DNA of 64,000 nucleotides from Octopus sinensis (lineage: Eukaryota), in assembly GCF_006345805.1 (NCBI RefSeq), contig NC_043001.1, positions 106,516,001 to 106,580,000 of the forward strand, written 5' to 3'. The notes under the pieces are model-generated. The model worked only from the letters and a program-made list of their open reading frames with translations. It was not told where the DNA came from and made no database searches. The position numbers and the translations under genes were made by a program. Shown here one piece after another: positions 39,654 to 52,294 of this stretch (the first letter of the stretch is position 1; every line of letters begins with the position of its first letter).

Positions 39654-40366
39654 GACATTATATATATATATATACACGTGTGTGTGTGTGTGCGTGTATA
39701 TATAGATATGTATATATTGCGACTCTCCATGTATATGTATGTGTGGGTGCGAGCCTGTCTCTCTGTATATATCGGTATACTGATATATACAGAGAGACAG
39801 GCAGACGGACATACTGACAGACTGACTGAATCGCAAGGTTTTTATGGATATCAACGCATGCTTAACATTATGGATTGATGTAATGGTAACACGTTTTGTT
39901 AAACCATAAGAGAAATCAGATAAAGATTGCTATTTTGGTTAAATTACTGTCCACAAACGCTATCATAATTGAATACTTCTACAAAACATAGTATGCAACA
40001 AGGAATAACACTGCTTCTTTCGGTATCAATGTTAGTTGATTTATGAGCACATTAATAACAGATCACACATTGCCTGCCTTAAATGGGAGCTTTATACGCT
40101 TAATTCATATACTATAAATAGCGGTTATGTATACTTTGAATCATACCCAGATATATTTTAAAAGGGCGCATTTGATGATGTAATTGTATATACCCCTACA
40201 AAGATGCGATGATAACATTCTGGAATGCTTTTGATCGCGGGTTTGCTCGATAAGGCTTTGCCTGGATGGAAGCAACTACAAAAACATGCCTCCTGGGTGA
40301 GAGTTAAAATCTATAATGAAAAGGTTTGTGGTAATGAGCAGATGTTCTAGTAGGAATGCTTAAGAA

Positions 40367-41631
40367 CGAGGATCAGCAGAAAAGTTCATAGGCAGGCGAA
40401 ATATTATGAAGGAATGTGATCAGATGAGGTTTATTTTTTCATCATAGTCTCCCATGCGGCCAACACATGTGTTGCAATGCTTGCATCCCATCGGTGAGGA
40501 AACTTTCATATTGTTGCTCAAAACAGTCGCCAACAGCAGATACGATGTTATCACCCCTGCGATACAGGTTCCTAGCTGGGTTTTTTTCATGTTAGGGGGC
40601 CAAATCAGGAGAAAAGGGAAAGTGATCAACCAGTTAAAAGCCACATTCGCACAGCTGTCATTGAAACCAAGGACTTGTGTGCTGGAGTATTGTCCTGATG
40701 AAACAAGACTCCTTTCGTCAGATTTCCCTGACATTTGGTCTTTCGTAATTGCTTCAACAAGTTGGCACAGTATTCTCCATTGCTGGAGTGGCCCTTCTCA
40801 TGATAATCAATAAATACGATACCTTTTGCATCCCCAAAAACCTGAAGCCACCACCTTTCCCGCAGATGAAACACACTTCGTCTCCTTTAGAGCAAGTAAA
40901 GAGGGGTGTTTCCATTGCATGTAATGTCTCTTTGTCTTTGGCTCAAAGTGATGAACCCAACGCTCATCTTCGGTTAGGAAACGTTCAGGGAAACCAGCTG
41001 GATCTGCCTGAAACAATTTTAGATTTCCCCCTGGTGTGATCAGCCTGGTGTGCTTTTCATCAGGTTTCAGAAGACGTGGCACCCACCGAGCAGAACCCTT
41101 CGTCATGCCAAGATCATTGTGCAGAATATTCTCAACACTTCCACGGAATATGTTAATAGCTTTGGCAATATGGTCTACAGTCAGTCGTCTATCATCCATC
41201 GCCAACTGGTGAGCACAACCATGTTTTCCTCGGGGGTGGCAGTTGCATGACGTCCAGACCTTCAGTCATCTTTAAGGCTCTCTCTTCCCTTCCTACATTC
41301 AGCTGCTCCCTTTTGCGCCATTTATAAAGCTGGGGCGTCATCCCCTAATATAGCAACCATGTGAGCATGAATGTCTTAGGAGGCTATGCCCTTTTTCTGC
41401 ACGTACTTGATAATACCATGATGTCAAGTTTTGTTCATTTTCAAGAGAATTTGCTACTAGTTACATTTAAAGTCTTCTTTGAATCGTCGGATGTCAGTTC
41501 ACCTGGAAGAAAACAGTGCAGGTATTAATAAGAAGAGTCGAAATGAATGCATGCAACATTTCACAGCTCTAACATCCTTCAAAGTCTAACATTCTTCATG
41601 GTCAGTCTATGAACTTTTTAACCAACCCTCG
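40367..41631 (-). mobile_element. Complete but decayed mariner (DD34D-type) transposon, ~1.27 kb
   Basis: Translations contain ARWVPRLL, RFLT.DE.WVHHFEP.TKR..MQWKH, GKV.AS.FW, GIVFIDY, VLFHQDN.PAHKS and a SPDLAP-like motif; TIRs CGAGGGTTGGTTAAAAAGTTCATAG (right, followed by TA) and degenerate CGAGGATCAGCAGAAAAGTTCATAG (left). Confidence 0.85.
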
Positions 41632-42862
41632 TAGAACTAGATATGGAATACTGAATAACTGAACACTCTGTTGAATAAAAGAATCTTTCAGTAAGCGAAT
41701 CAAGCAAATAGAGTTAATAGCTGATTGTATAATATACATCGTTCTTTTCATGGCTAATTCTTTAAAATGTAGACATTGCTCAGAATAAATTTTCGATTAG
41801 AAGCAAAACAACACGTTTGAACAATAAACTTGCCTCCAGTTTTCCTGCATAAACTGACAGCGGTCTAACGTAATATTTTTTCTTTTCCCAAGACAGCTAC
41901 AAGTTTAATTCGGTACTGAGGGCACGACCTGCGATATAACATTTGGTTGATCAACATTTATGGTAAATAAAGTTCAATATTTGTAGTAAATAAAGCTCTT
42001 TTCAATGTTTTGTATTTCTCCATTAAGTTTCCTGTTTAATAAATATAAATCACTAAATCAATTTTTTCGTCTGCAGGACTAAACATATTTTATTTTATTT
42101 CGCTGAAGTAAACCAGATTCTCATAAAATAGTAAATATTATTCTACAAGGACTTTTAGAACTGTCGATCAGAAAGAAGTAATCTACTCACAAACACAGCG
42201 TATACATATATTTAGATTTGAAATCAAAATAAAATTTTCGGTCAGAGTTTCTTTGCCTGCAACACCCCAAATGATTCAGGAAATATTAGAGCATCGTAAT
42301 TCCTGTTTCCAATATCTCCACTGGGTCAGTTTAAGCTAATAAATGCGTAATAGTTATCTATACTGACGGCTATTCTTAGGAATTGTAATACACAGTTACT
42401 AACATTATGTTTAGTCATTCTTGAATGTATAAATTCTTTTCTTATGCAAGAGGATATGTGTTTGCACATTTATATATCTTTGTATATAAATATATATACA
42501 TATATACAAAACACTCAAAGACTAAGATTTGAAATAAGATGTCACTACTCTTAATATCATCTGTGGATAAAATTTGAAATTGAGGGTACCAACAGTAGTA
42601 TGATGGGTGGTTCACAGGCAAAATAGCATTATTTATCTATAAATTATAAATTTTCACAAAGCATAAGGATGCATAAAGGCTAGAAATAAGAGCTAAAGCT
42701 TTAATTAAACTACCGTATAGCACCGAGATAACAGAGAAATAACAGTAGACGAGGAAATGGAAAGAATTGATACATTCAAAAGCACAACTATAAAAAATTA
42801 TGCAGTTTAGGACATCCACATACCCGGGTTTCGGCTATTGGAAAATTTAATCCTTGAGCCTC

Positions 42863-42864
<2 letters not shown>

Positions 42865-42952
<88 letters not shown>
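42865..42952. repeat. (TA)n microsatellite
   Basis: Direct reading. Confidence 0.95.
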
Positions 42953-42955
<3 letters not shown>

Positions 42956-43320
42956 TGCGAAAAAGGCATGTATAGGAACTCCCATAAAAAGACGACTAAA
43001 TATATATATATATTTAATCGTCTTTTGATGGGACGTTCCTATACGTGGCTTTTTTTTTACATATATGTATATTTTTACCTTGCTGCCTTATATAGTATAT
43101 ATTTTATATTTTGATTTATATATTATGAAAGCCATGGTAATCTTTATTTATATATGATGTATGCTGGCGGTTTGATACCGTATATAAAGTCGTTAACTCA
43201 TGTTAATGTGTGTTCTATGACCAATATTTAATTATCATTGCCTCATTTATCTGAGCACTTCTTTTTGCTGTCCTATTAACTCTTTGTCTCTTTTGAAAGA
43301 AACAATTGTTATTCTTGATG

Positions 43321-43366
<46 letters not shown>

Positions 43367-43456
43367 GGGAAAAATTTTTTTTAAAAATGCAGAATGCTCA
43401 AATGAAAGAAAATTTTAATAAAATGAGAAAATGATAAAATATATAAATGTATATTT

Positions 43457-43495
43457 ATTCAACCGGTTTTCGTCATTGTATGACTTGTCAAGAAT
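43457..43495 (-). ncRNA. Decayed minimal hammerhead-like motif
   Basis: AUUC-UUGACAA-GUCA(UACAA)UGAC-GAAA-A-CCGGUU^GAAU: stems I and II perfect, palindromic ACCGGU, but two core substitutions and an extra A. Confidence 0.45.
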
Positions 43496-44024
43496 ATTTA
43501 TGTTTTAAGTTTTTTTAAAAATTAGAAAGGGGAAAAAAAGAAAATTGCATTGTTTTTTGTAAAAGAATAATGATAAAAATGTACAAAAATTAAAAAATAA
43601 GTTCTCCGATACATTGTGAGTTCGTTGTGTATCTTGCGTTTTATGGTTGTTTACGAAAACATTACCTTGAGGTGTTAAGATCCAAAGGGATTAAGAGCAT
43701 GTGTTGTGTTGTTAAATTCAGCATGTTTGCAGGACAGGAAGTAGTAGTAATTGTGGTCCTGGTTCTTCAGTTCCTGTGTTGTGAGTAAGGGGAGACAACT
43801 CTTTGGAGTTCTTCAATAAAACCCAAATTATAAAACTATCATTTTAGCTTCATTTGCATTATCTTTTTTATATAATTGCTTGTTAACTTAACTTTCAGAT
43901 TTTAACACTTTATTTACATTATTTTCTAATAATATAAATCTGCATAGACAATTGCATTTCAGATTGTCATATCATTTATAATAAAAATGATAGTAATAAC
44001 AACAATAGTAAAAATGATATTTAA

Positions 44025-46573
44025 AGAATATAAGTTTTAGCTTGAAGTGATGAATGCATGGTATCTTTATATATTTGTGTTAGTCCATCCATGAAAAGTG
44101 AGGTAGAGAAAGGAAGTTTGATCAACGAGGAGTTTGCATATTAAGTTGTGTTTGGAATTTTTCAATAAAGAGATTCTCCTTGTTAATTCTCTCCTGTGTG
44201 GTGATCCCGTCTTTACACTGGTACAAGGGGAATATATAGAATTTTGGGTTTAAGTCTTTAGCACATGAGTCTAAGTGGTCACTCAGTGGAATTTGTCGGT
44301 ATTCCGGGAGATTTATTTGTTCTTTATGCACCGTTACTCGTTTACGTAACGGGAGACTCGTTTGTCCAACATAATTATGTTGGCAACCAGCGCATGTGAG
44401 AACGTAGATAAGGTTCTCAGAGGAACAGGAGAAGTTAGTCTTGATTTTAAACTTCGTACCTTGTTTGAAGGTAAATTCATCCAGAGTCTCCCCTTTACCC
44501 CAAGCAAAACCAAGGTAAAATCCAATTTCAGTAAGGAAGAATGGGAAAACCTACGTGACATACAACTGGATAAAAACCTCACCATCAAAGAAGCGGACAA
44601 AGGGAGTGCTGTGGTCCTTATGGACACGGAATTTTATAAACACCTAGTGTTCTCCATGCTTAACAATAACATTTTCTATGAGGTTATTAACAACTACAAA
44701 CAGCAAAAAACAATCAGAAACCTCACCACACTCATACGCCAACAGGGTCAGGGACTCACAGAAAAAGAAAGGGATTATATCACCATTTTCAAATGCAAGC
44801 CCAGCCTTTTTTATGGCCTTCCTAAAATCCATAAAAACAAATACATCACCGAAGCCTGCAAACTCTCCACTGACATCCACATCAACATCAAAGCACCGGA
44901 GGACCTAAAACTAAGGCCCATCGTGGCTGGTACCTCCTGTGAAACACACCGCCTGAGTAACTTCCTAGACATCCTTTTGAAACCTTTCCTTACCCACATC
45001 AAAAGTTTCATTAGGGATGATCTGGACATGCTCAAACACCTCCCGAAAACAGTTAACGAGGAGGCACTCCTGGTATCCTTTGATGTCATCAACCTCTACA
45101 CCAACATTCCACATGAGTATGGTATAGAGGCAATTGACTTCTGGCTAGAAAAACACCCAGAGACATTCCCTGACCGCATTAAAAAGTCTTTTATTACAGA
45201 ATCTCTTAAGTTCATTCTGACAAACAATTTTTTTCTCTTCGACGACACACACTACCGTCAAAAAGGTGGCATTGCGATGGGTACCAAGGCTGCACCAGTC
45301 CTTGCGAACCTCATAATGGGTTACTTCGAACTGTCACTCTATGAAATATCAAGCCAGAAATTTGGACATGTTTTCCACACCTACCTAATGAAAAACTGGA
45401 AAAGGTATTTAGATGATTGTTTCATCATATGGAAAGAACCTTATGAAAAACTTCTGGAATTCAAAACCATACTAAACAACATACATCCCAACATCCAATT
45501 CACTATGGAATTAAGCAAACATCATCTCCCATTCCTTGATCTCCTAATTATAAAAACACCTAAGAACCAAATCATAACAGACATCTTCCACAAACCTACA
45601 GACTCACAACAATACCTCCTCTTTAGTTCATGCCACCCAAAACACACCAAGACAAATATCCCTTTCAATTTAGCTAAAAGGGTATGCACCATTGTCTCGG
45701 ATCCAAAAACACGAGAAATACGCCTTCAAGACCTCAAAAAAACACTATTACAACGTCAATATCCCTCCACCCTTATAGAGTATGGAATAAAACGCGCCAA
45801 AGAACTAGACAACACTACACTGAAAACCACCCAACCTAACACCACACACAACCTCAAAATACTTCCATACATTTCCACCCACAACCCCAAAAATATCGAA
45901 GCATACACCACAATCATACAAAACCTCAGTCTACTGTCAACAGACCCAAAAATGAAAAACATTATAAATACACACAAAATCCTCAAATGCAAAAGGCAAC
46001 ACAAATCTTTAAAAAAACTCTTGACAAATGCCAAACTTCACACACCACATCCACCCCCAACAGTAAAAAGATGTGCACGCTCAAACTGTGGTACCTGCCC
46101 CTTTCTACTTGAAGGCTCTGAATTTACCTTCAAACAAGGTACGAAGTTTAAAATCAAGACTAACTTCTCCTGTTCCTCCGAGAACCTTATCTACGTTCTC
46201 ACATGCGCTGGTTGCCAACATAATTATGTTGGACAAACGAGTCTCCCGTTACGTAAACGAGTAACGGTGCATAAAGAACATATAAATCTCCCGGAATACC
46301 GACAAATTCCACTGAGTAACCACTTAGACTCATGTGCTAAAGACTTAAACCCCAAATTCTATATATTCCCCTTCTACCAATGTAAAGACGGGATCACCAC
46401 ACAGGAGAGAATTAACAAGGAGAATCTCTTTATTGAAAAATTCCAAACACAACTTAATATGCAAACTCCTCGTTGATCAAACTTCCTTTCTCTACCTCAC
46501 TTTTCATGGATGGACTAACACAAATATATAAAGATACCATGCATTCATCACTTCAAGCTAAAACTTATATTCT
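44025..46573 (+). mobile_element. Young 5'-truncated Penelope-like element (Neptune-like) with 455-bp inverted arm
   Basis: 44025-44479 is the reverse complement of 46119-46573 (6 mismatches by hand); uninterrupted RT-EN ORF between; (TA)n immediately downstream. Confidence 0.95.
44377..46476 (+). CDS. PLE reverse transcriptase + GIY-YIG endonuclease (699 aa from ATG 44377; the first ~34 aa come from the antisense arm)
   Basis: IKEADKGSAVV, LRPIVAG, LVSFDVINLYTNIP, YRQKGGIAMGT, RYLDDCF, FTME...LPFLD, HKPTDSQQYL..SSCHP, C-x4-C-x2-C linker (CARSNCGTC), NLIYVLTC..C...YVGQT. Confidence 0.9.
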   Translation: MLATSACENVDKVLRGTGEVSLDFKLRTLFEGKFIQSLPFTPSKTKVKSNFSKEEWENLRDIQLDKNLTIKEADKGSAVVLMDTEFYKHLVFSMLNNNIFYEVINNYKQQKTIRNLTTLIRQQGQGLTEKERDYITIFKCKPSLFYGLPKIHKNKYITEACKLSTDIHINIKAPEDLKLRPIVAGTSCETHRLSNFLDILLKPFLTHIKSFIRDDLDMLKHLPKTVNEEALLVSFDVINLYTNIPHEYGIEAIDFWLEKHPETFPDRIKKSFITESLKFILTNNFFLFDDTHYRQKGGIAMGTKAAPVLANLIMGYFELSLYEISSQKFGHVFHTYLMKNWKRYLDDCFIIWKEPYEKLLEFKTILNNIHPNIQFTMELSKHHLPFLDLLIIKTPKNQIITDIFHKPTDSQQYLLFSSCHPKHTKTNIPFNLAKRVCTIVSDPKTREIRLQDLKKTLLQRQYPSTLIEYGIKRAKELDNTTLKTTQPNTTHNLKILPYISTHNPKNIEAYTTIIQNLSLLSTDPKMKNIINTHKILKCKRQHKSLKKLLTNAKLHTPHPPPTVKRCARSNCGTCPFLLEGSEFTFKQGTKFKIKTNFSCSSENLIYVLTCAGCQHNYVGQTSLPLRKRVTVHKEHINLPEYRQIPLSNHLDSCAKDLNPKFYIFPFYQCKDGITTQERINKENLFIEKFQTQLNMQTPR

Positions 46574-46608
46574 CCACGTGCGGTCAACACAACCACACCA
46601 TTTATTGA

Positions 46609-46660
<52 letters not shown>

Positions 46661-46944
46661 ATATATATATGAACATTATCGACCGCACATACTTAACATA
46701 AATGCTTAGTGTGTTTGCTGGTAGGTGCGATTTGACGTGCTGGAGATTACTCCCTGAAAGTGCCGGGTATTAAAACAGTTAAAAGAGTCATGAATGGGCG
46801 AGACAACTCACTGCAAATACCATTTCGGGAGTGGACATCGATGTTTCGCCATTTTTGTGGTTTATAAACATCATGTATCCGAACTGTCTTTGAGGTGAAT
46901 CATACCGCCAGTCCACTACTGATATGCATCTAGTGTAAAAGCTG

Positions 46945-46949
46945 TGCTG

Positions 46950-46993
<44 letters not shown>

Positions 46994-47030
46994 TGTTGTT
47001 GTAGTAGTAGTGGTGGTGGTGGTGGTGGTG

Positions 47031-47077
<47 letters not shown>

Positions 47078-47149
47078 GGTAGTGGTGCTGGTGGTGCTGG
47101 TGGTGCTGGTGCTGGTGCTGGTGCTGGTGCTGGTGCTGGTGCTTGTGAC

Positions 47150-47193
<44 letters not shown>
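46945..47193. repeat. Compound trinucleotide repeat (GTA/GTT/GTG/GCTGGT)n
   Basis: Direct reading; source of the poly-V and poly-P/L ORFs. Confidence 0.95.
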
Positions 47194-47194
<1 letters not shown>

Positions 47195-48455
47195 TGCCGT
47201 TTTTGTGTTATCACAATTGTAAAAGCAGGGGTACTAATGTTTCTCATTTTTTTTCTATTCATTAAAATTTCGTGCGGTCTCCTCTGATAGCATCTAAACG
47301 TCCCCCAAGTCGGTGATTCATTCAGGTGAATATCGAGGAGTAATAATAATATATCCGGACAGGCAAAGAAACAGGCTGGCAGACGATCAATGATATCGTA
47401 ACGATGATCATATTTGTTGCTATCGATTCACTTGGTGGAAAATCAAGAATTAACAACAAACAAATTTATCTTATAAACAGAATAGAATTTACTTTATAAA
47501 AGCGATATTAGTAAGTTGTAGTGAGAAGCGTTAGGCTGACACATTGTCTTGGTCTTCATCAAAATTACATTTCGTTGTTTCGCTTTGTTTGTCTCAATGG
47601 TTCAGGATAATTTAGTGTTCGGAAATTCACTTGCTATGTATATTGTAATGTAAGATGTGTCGGTTGTGCTTGCTGGAAACGATCTGATTTTATGATGTTT
47701 TGTCCGTATGTATGTCCATTATATCGACTTCATCTATACACAAAGACATTTTGGCCTTATATTCATACGAGACATAAGTTATATTTAAAATATGTTTAAA
47801 AAACAAATTGATGTCTGCTCCGAACACTGGGTACTTTGTAGTGTCACGTTTTACATTTTCTTATTAAGCTATGTTTTGATTGAATGTATGCTATAGGAAT
47901 GATACGAGAGCAAACAACGAACCTATTTTCTTCGACATTTTGTCGATAGTAGCTTCTCGAAATTATTTTCAGAAGTTAGAGTTGGCGAAAATTCCGAATA
48001 AGTATTCATTTGATAAAATATATTTTCCTAGTACAATAGGTATACTTCGAGTCGCTGCACCAACATGAATGCATCTTAGCTGAAGATAAGTGAAAAAGAG
48101 AACACCTATGCTGAACTAATGAGAAATCTGTAGTCACTCTATCCAGATTAGAAGTTCAGGTTCATACCTGTAATTATTGGGGCACTGAGATATGTAACAC
48201 ACCGCCTAAATAGCAATCTTGAGAAATTAGACTTCTCAAAACCAGAAAGGAGAAGGCTGATTCGAAGACAACAGACCCAAGCTATCACTGGAACTGTAAA
48301 AATCTGTAAAACTTTCCAGAAGTTTATCATTTAAATATACATGAGAATGTCTAGATATGTAACTATATGCATGAGAACACATACATAAGACATACAAATA
48401 TGCACATATATGCAAACATACATAAACACACGCACACATATACATACATACATAC

Positions 48456-48511
<56 letters not shown>

Positions 48512-49051
48512 GGAAAAAGTTCCTGCGTCTTACAGAGAAGAAGGAGTAGTTCTAAAATGGCGAATTCATCTGGAAGAAATCATGTTCTACAATGTTTGGA
48601 ACAACTCACGAGAGTAAATATTGGCAGTGACGACACTATAATATTGACAAGTTTCCTTCATTGCTTGGTCAGGGAGAGCATCCAAGTTAATTTGTCCAAA
48701 AACACCACAATGTCAAAGGTCTAAATGTTTTGTCAGATCTAGTCTTTAAAATCTCTAATTAATATTTCACATTTAAATTGTCTCTCACAAAAATAATGTT
48801 TCATACTGTAATCTTCATTTGTTCTGTTTACGCTTGTAAGAAGCAAAGTACAGACGAATCGAGCATTAGAAGAAATCTTGTAAAAACAACTATTGAAGAA
48901 ATACTAGTAAAACTAATATAAACTATCGTTGCTTTAATTGTTTATTCCTAGACCCAACGTTATGAGCGGGTATCTGATGATCAAAGCCGTTCTACACATG
49001 ACTATCAAGGCTTGTTTTCTTGCATAGACTATCTAGATCTACATTATCTGT

Positions 49052-49433
49052 GGAGGCGCAATGGCCCAGTGGTTAGGGCAGCAGACTCGCGGGCGTAGGA
49101 TCGCGGTTTCGATTCCCAGACCGGGCGTTGTGAGTGTTTATTGAGCGAAAACACCTAAAGCTCCACGAGGCTCCGGCAGGGATGTTGGTGATCCCTGCTG
49201 TACTCTTTCACCACAACTTTCTCTCACTCTTACTTCCTGTTTCTGTTGTGCCTGTATTTCAAAGGACCGGCCTTGTCACTCTCTGTGTCACGCTGAATAT
49301 CCCCGAGAACTGCGTTAAGGGTACACGTGTCTGTGGAGTGCTCAGCCACTTACACGTTAATTTCACAAGCAGGCTGTTCCGTTGATTCGGATCAACCGGA
49401 ACCCTCGTCGTCGTAACCGACGGAGTGCTTCCA
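49052..49433 (+). mobile_element. Young full-length tRNA-derived SINE with family-A tail
   Basis: A box TGGCCCAGTGG, B box GGTTTCGATTCCC; 11-bp TSD ACATTATCTGT (49041-49051 / 49437-49447). Confidence 0.9.
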
Positions 49434-50709
49434 TCCACATTATCTGTTGCGTCCTTTTTTTAAACAAGAGACTCAGATTTGAAGAAGTATTGCCTGCTTT
49501 TTCTTTCTGATTGGTTGACCACGTACAAGCTTCTGTGGTGGGTCTCATATAAACTGTTTTAGCCGGAAATGTAATGCGCATGACATTGATCTTGCTGTGT
49601 CACAAACACGGAATTATTAACTGCATTCGATTCGATTAAATCAATGAAAGAGACGGCTTGAAGTCCCTTGAGTTTATAGAAATAGCAGCTGGTATTCTCA
49701 AATCACAATCAATCGCCTTAAAAAAAGGAAGGAAGCATTAAATAATTTAATCCTTAATATAGTAAGTTTAAGAAATCCAATTCTTTACACTTTTGGTCAT
49801 ATGTATATGTATACACACAGACACACACATATATTAATATTTGCGCGCGCGTGTGTGTGTGTGTATAAGGGTGTGGGATCCTGGCTGATCTGTAACAATA
49901 ATATCAATATATCAATACTACGAGGAGGGTGCCTCAACTTGGTCATCCAACCAGCGAGAAATAGGAACAAAATACCCCTCAAACCATGTCTTACTCTCTT
50001 TGGAAAGCACTGAATAATGTACATTAAACTGCATAATATCTGAAACATAGTCAAGACAGTCATTGTTCGAATACCATTCAATGTGTGTAAGTACGAAAAG
50101 GAATGGTTCACCCGGTTCTAAACAACAACAACAATAACAGAATACAAGAACCCAGTTCGCCATTAACAGCAAAACTGATATTCCGACCAAGATTGCTTAG
50201 TCATTTGATTGTTACGGAGCAATGCAAAAACTTCACAAAATATTTTATACGTTCATTGTTATTCGTGTCAACTATTAATTTGCAACGGGGTTATATAAAA
50301 GTAGTTCTTTTCTTCATAACTAATTTCCCCAGACAAACGCTAATTGAACAAACAAAGTAAATTTCTAACAAGAAACAAGGTTTAAACCTGCTTAATTTTG
50401 TTTCTCTTCTTCGTTACCATCGTCGTCATATTATTCTGTTCTTTGTCATTACCATTCTTATTGATATTCAGCAACTTATATTGACTCACCATTTTAAGAA
50501 GAGCTGACATTCTTCTTAATTCAAGCTATGACTAACAATACCACTGGGACAACAATCAAGAGATGTTGCATATGAATCGATGCCTCTACGTAATTATGTA
50601 ACATATATGGTAGGTGCTCGTGTAATGGGTATTGAATTCTCTAACTCTCTTTCTAAATATGTGTGTTTGTGTGTGTGTATTGAGAGAGAGATAGATCTAT
50701 TTTTTGTTT

Positions 50710-50900
50710 TGGTGTGGGGGTCATGGACTGCAGTCATACTGGAGCAACGCTTTCAAGGGATTTTATCGAACAAAGAGACCTTAGTACGTTTAGTTTTGTT
50801 TTGTTTTTTTTAAGCGTGATGATTATCGTATCGAAATCTTATGCCGACCCGCTAAGTTACGTGAAGGTATACAAACCAAAGCCAGCTGTCAAGCGGGAGT
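50710..50900 (-). mobile_element. Family-B SINE tail fragment
   Basis: GACTGCAGTCATACTGGAGCA...CCGCTAAGTTACG...GCTGTCAAGCG. Confidence 0.65.
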
Positions 50901-51128
50901 GGACAGACAGAAACATAGACACTCAACCACACACACACATACATGTATATATAGTGTGTGTATATACGTATATGCGTGTGTGTGTGTGTATATAGATACA
51001 TATACAACCATATAAATACATATACATGCATACACACAGATATATGTGTATGTGTGTGTATGTGTGTGTGTGTTTATGAATTCCTGTTGCAAGATTCCTG
51101 ATGTGAAGTCCTGTGTTGAAACAGATAT

Positions 51129-51510
51129 TTTTGTATTTCAGGACGCTATTTTTTTGCCAAATAAACACACGCACTATATATTCGTTCTTCTTCTAACTCA
51201 TGTCCATTGTCCGGAAATCTTTCGTCACACATTTGTGACCCGCCTCAGCGAGATTTTCCGTCATCGTGTGTGCTCTTGCCCTGCTTATTCCATTCTGAGA
51301 ATGGAATAGGCAGAGCAAGAATAGAATAAGCTGAGCAAGAGCACACATGAAGACGGAAAGGGTCGCTGAGGAGGTCATAGATGTAAGACGAAAGATTTAC
51401 GGACAATGGACATGAGTTAGAATAAGAACAATAATAAACGAGTGAAGAACAAATATATAGTGCGTGTATTTATTTGACAAAAACAAAAATGGCCATCTTG
51501 AAATACAACA
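51129..51510. repeat. Diverged ~380-bp fold-back (MITE-like)
   Basis: Centre ATTCCATTC-TGA-GAATGGAAT; arms share AAATAAA(C/T)ACACGCACTATATATT and CTAACTCATGTCC..ATTGTCCG.AAATCTTTCGTC. Confidence 0.8.
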
Positions 51511-51565
51511 ATTTATATACCTATATAGAGAGATAAATATGTGTGTGTGTATATGTATATATATA

Positions 51566-51596
<31 letters not shown>

Positions 51597-51849
51597 ATAT
51601 GACATAAATAAGAGATAAAACCACTATTATGCAACTCAAACAGTGATAGATATAAACCAAAACATAAATAACAAATAAAATATATTTTATAAAACACATA
51701 ACTAAATCTCAAAAAGTATAAAAATGAATAATCAATATATAATAAGTAAAAATAACTACGTACGTTTCATGGCTACAATTAAATTCGAATTACTATTAAA
51801 TTGAAATTTAATTGAAATAAATTCAATTTAAAATTATAGTCAATATATA

Positions 51850-52087
<238 letters not shown>

Positions 52088-52093
52088 ATAAAT

Positions 52094-52279
52094 GCGCCCT
52101 TTTAAAGCCTAGCCAGGCTCACGGGCCCGGTTTCTTGGTTTTCAATGGCGTTTGTGTTCCCCAACTGGACGGGACGCCAGTCCATCGCAGTGTTACTCAT
52201 TTTTGCCAGCTGAATGGACTAGAGCAACGTGAAATGAAGTGTTTTGCTCAAGAACCCAACGCGTCACCCGGTCCAGGAA
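52094..52279 (-). mobile_element. SINE fragment truncated in its B-box region
   Basis: ACTCATTTTTGCCAGCTGA.TGGACT.GAGCAACGTGAAATGAAGTG block; head missing after CCAGGAAT. Confidence 0.75.
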
Positions 52280-52294
52280 TATATATATATATAT

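Noticed and set aside
46930-47262. Poly-V / proline-rich ORFs
   Set aside because: Trinucleotide microsatellite translations.
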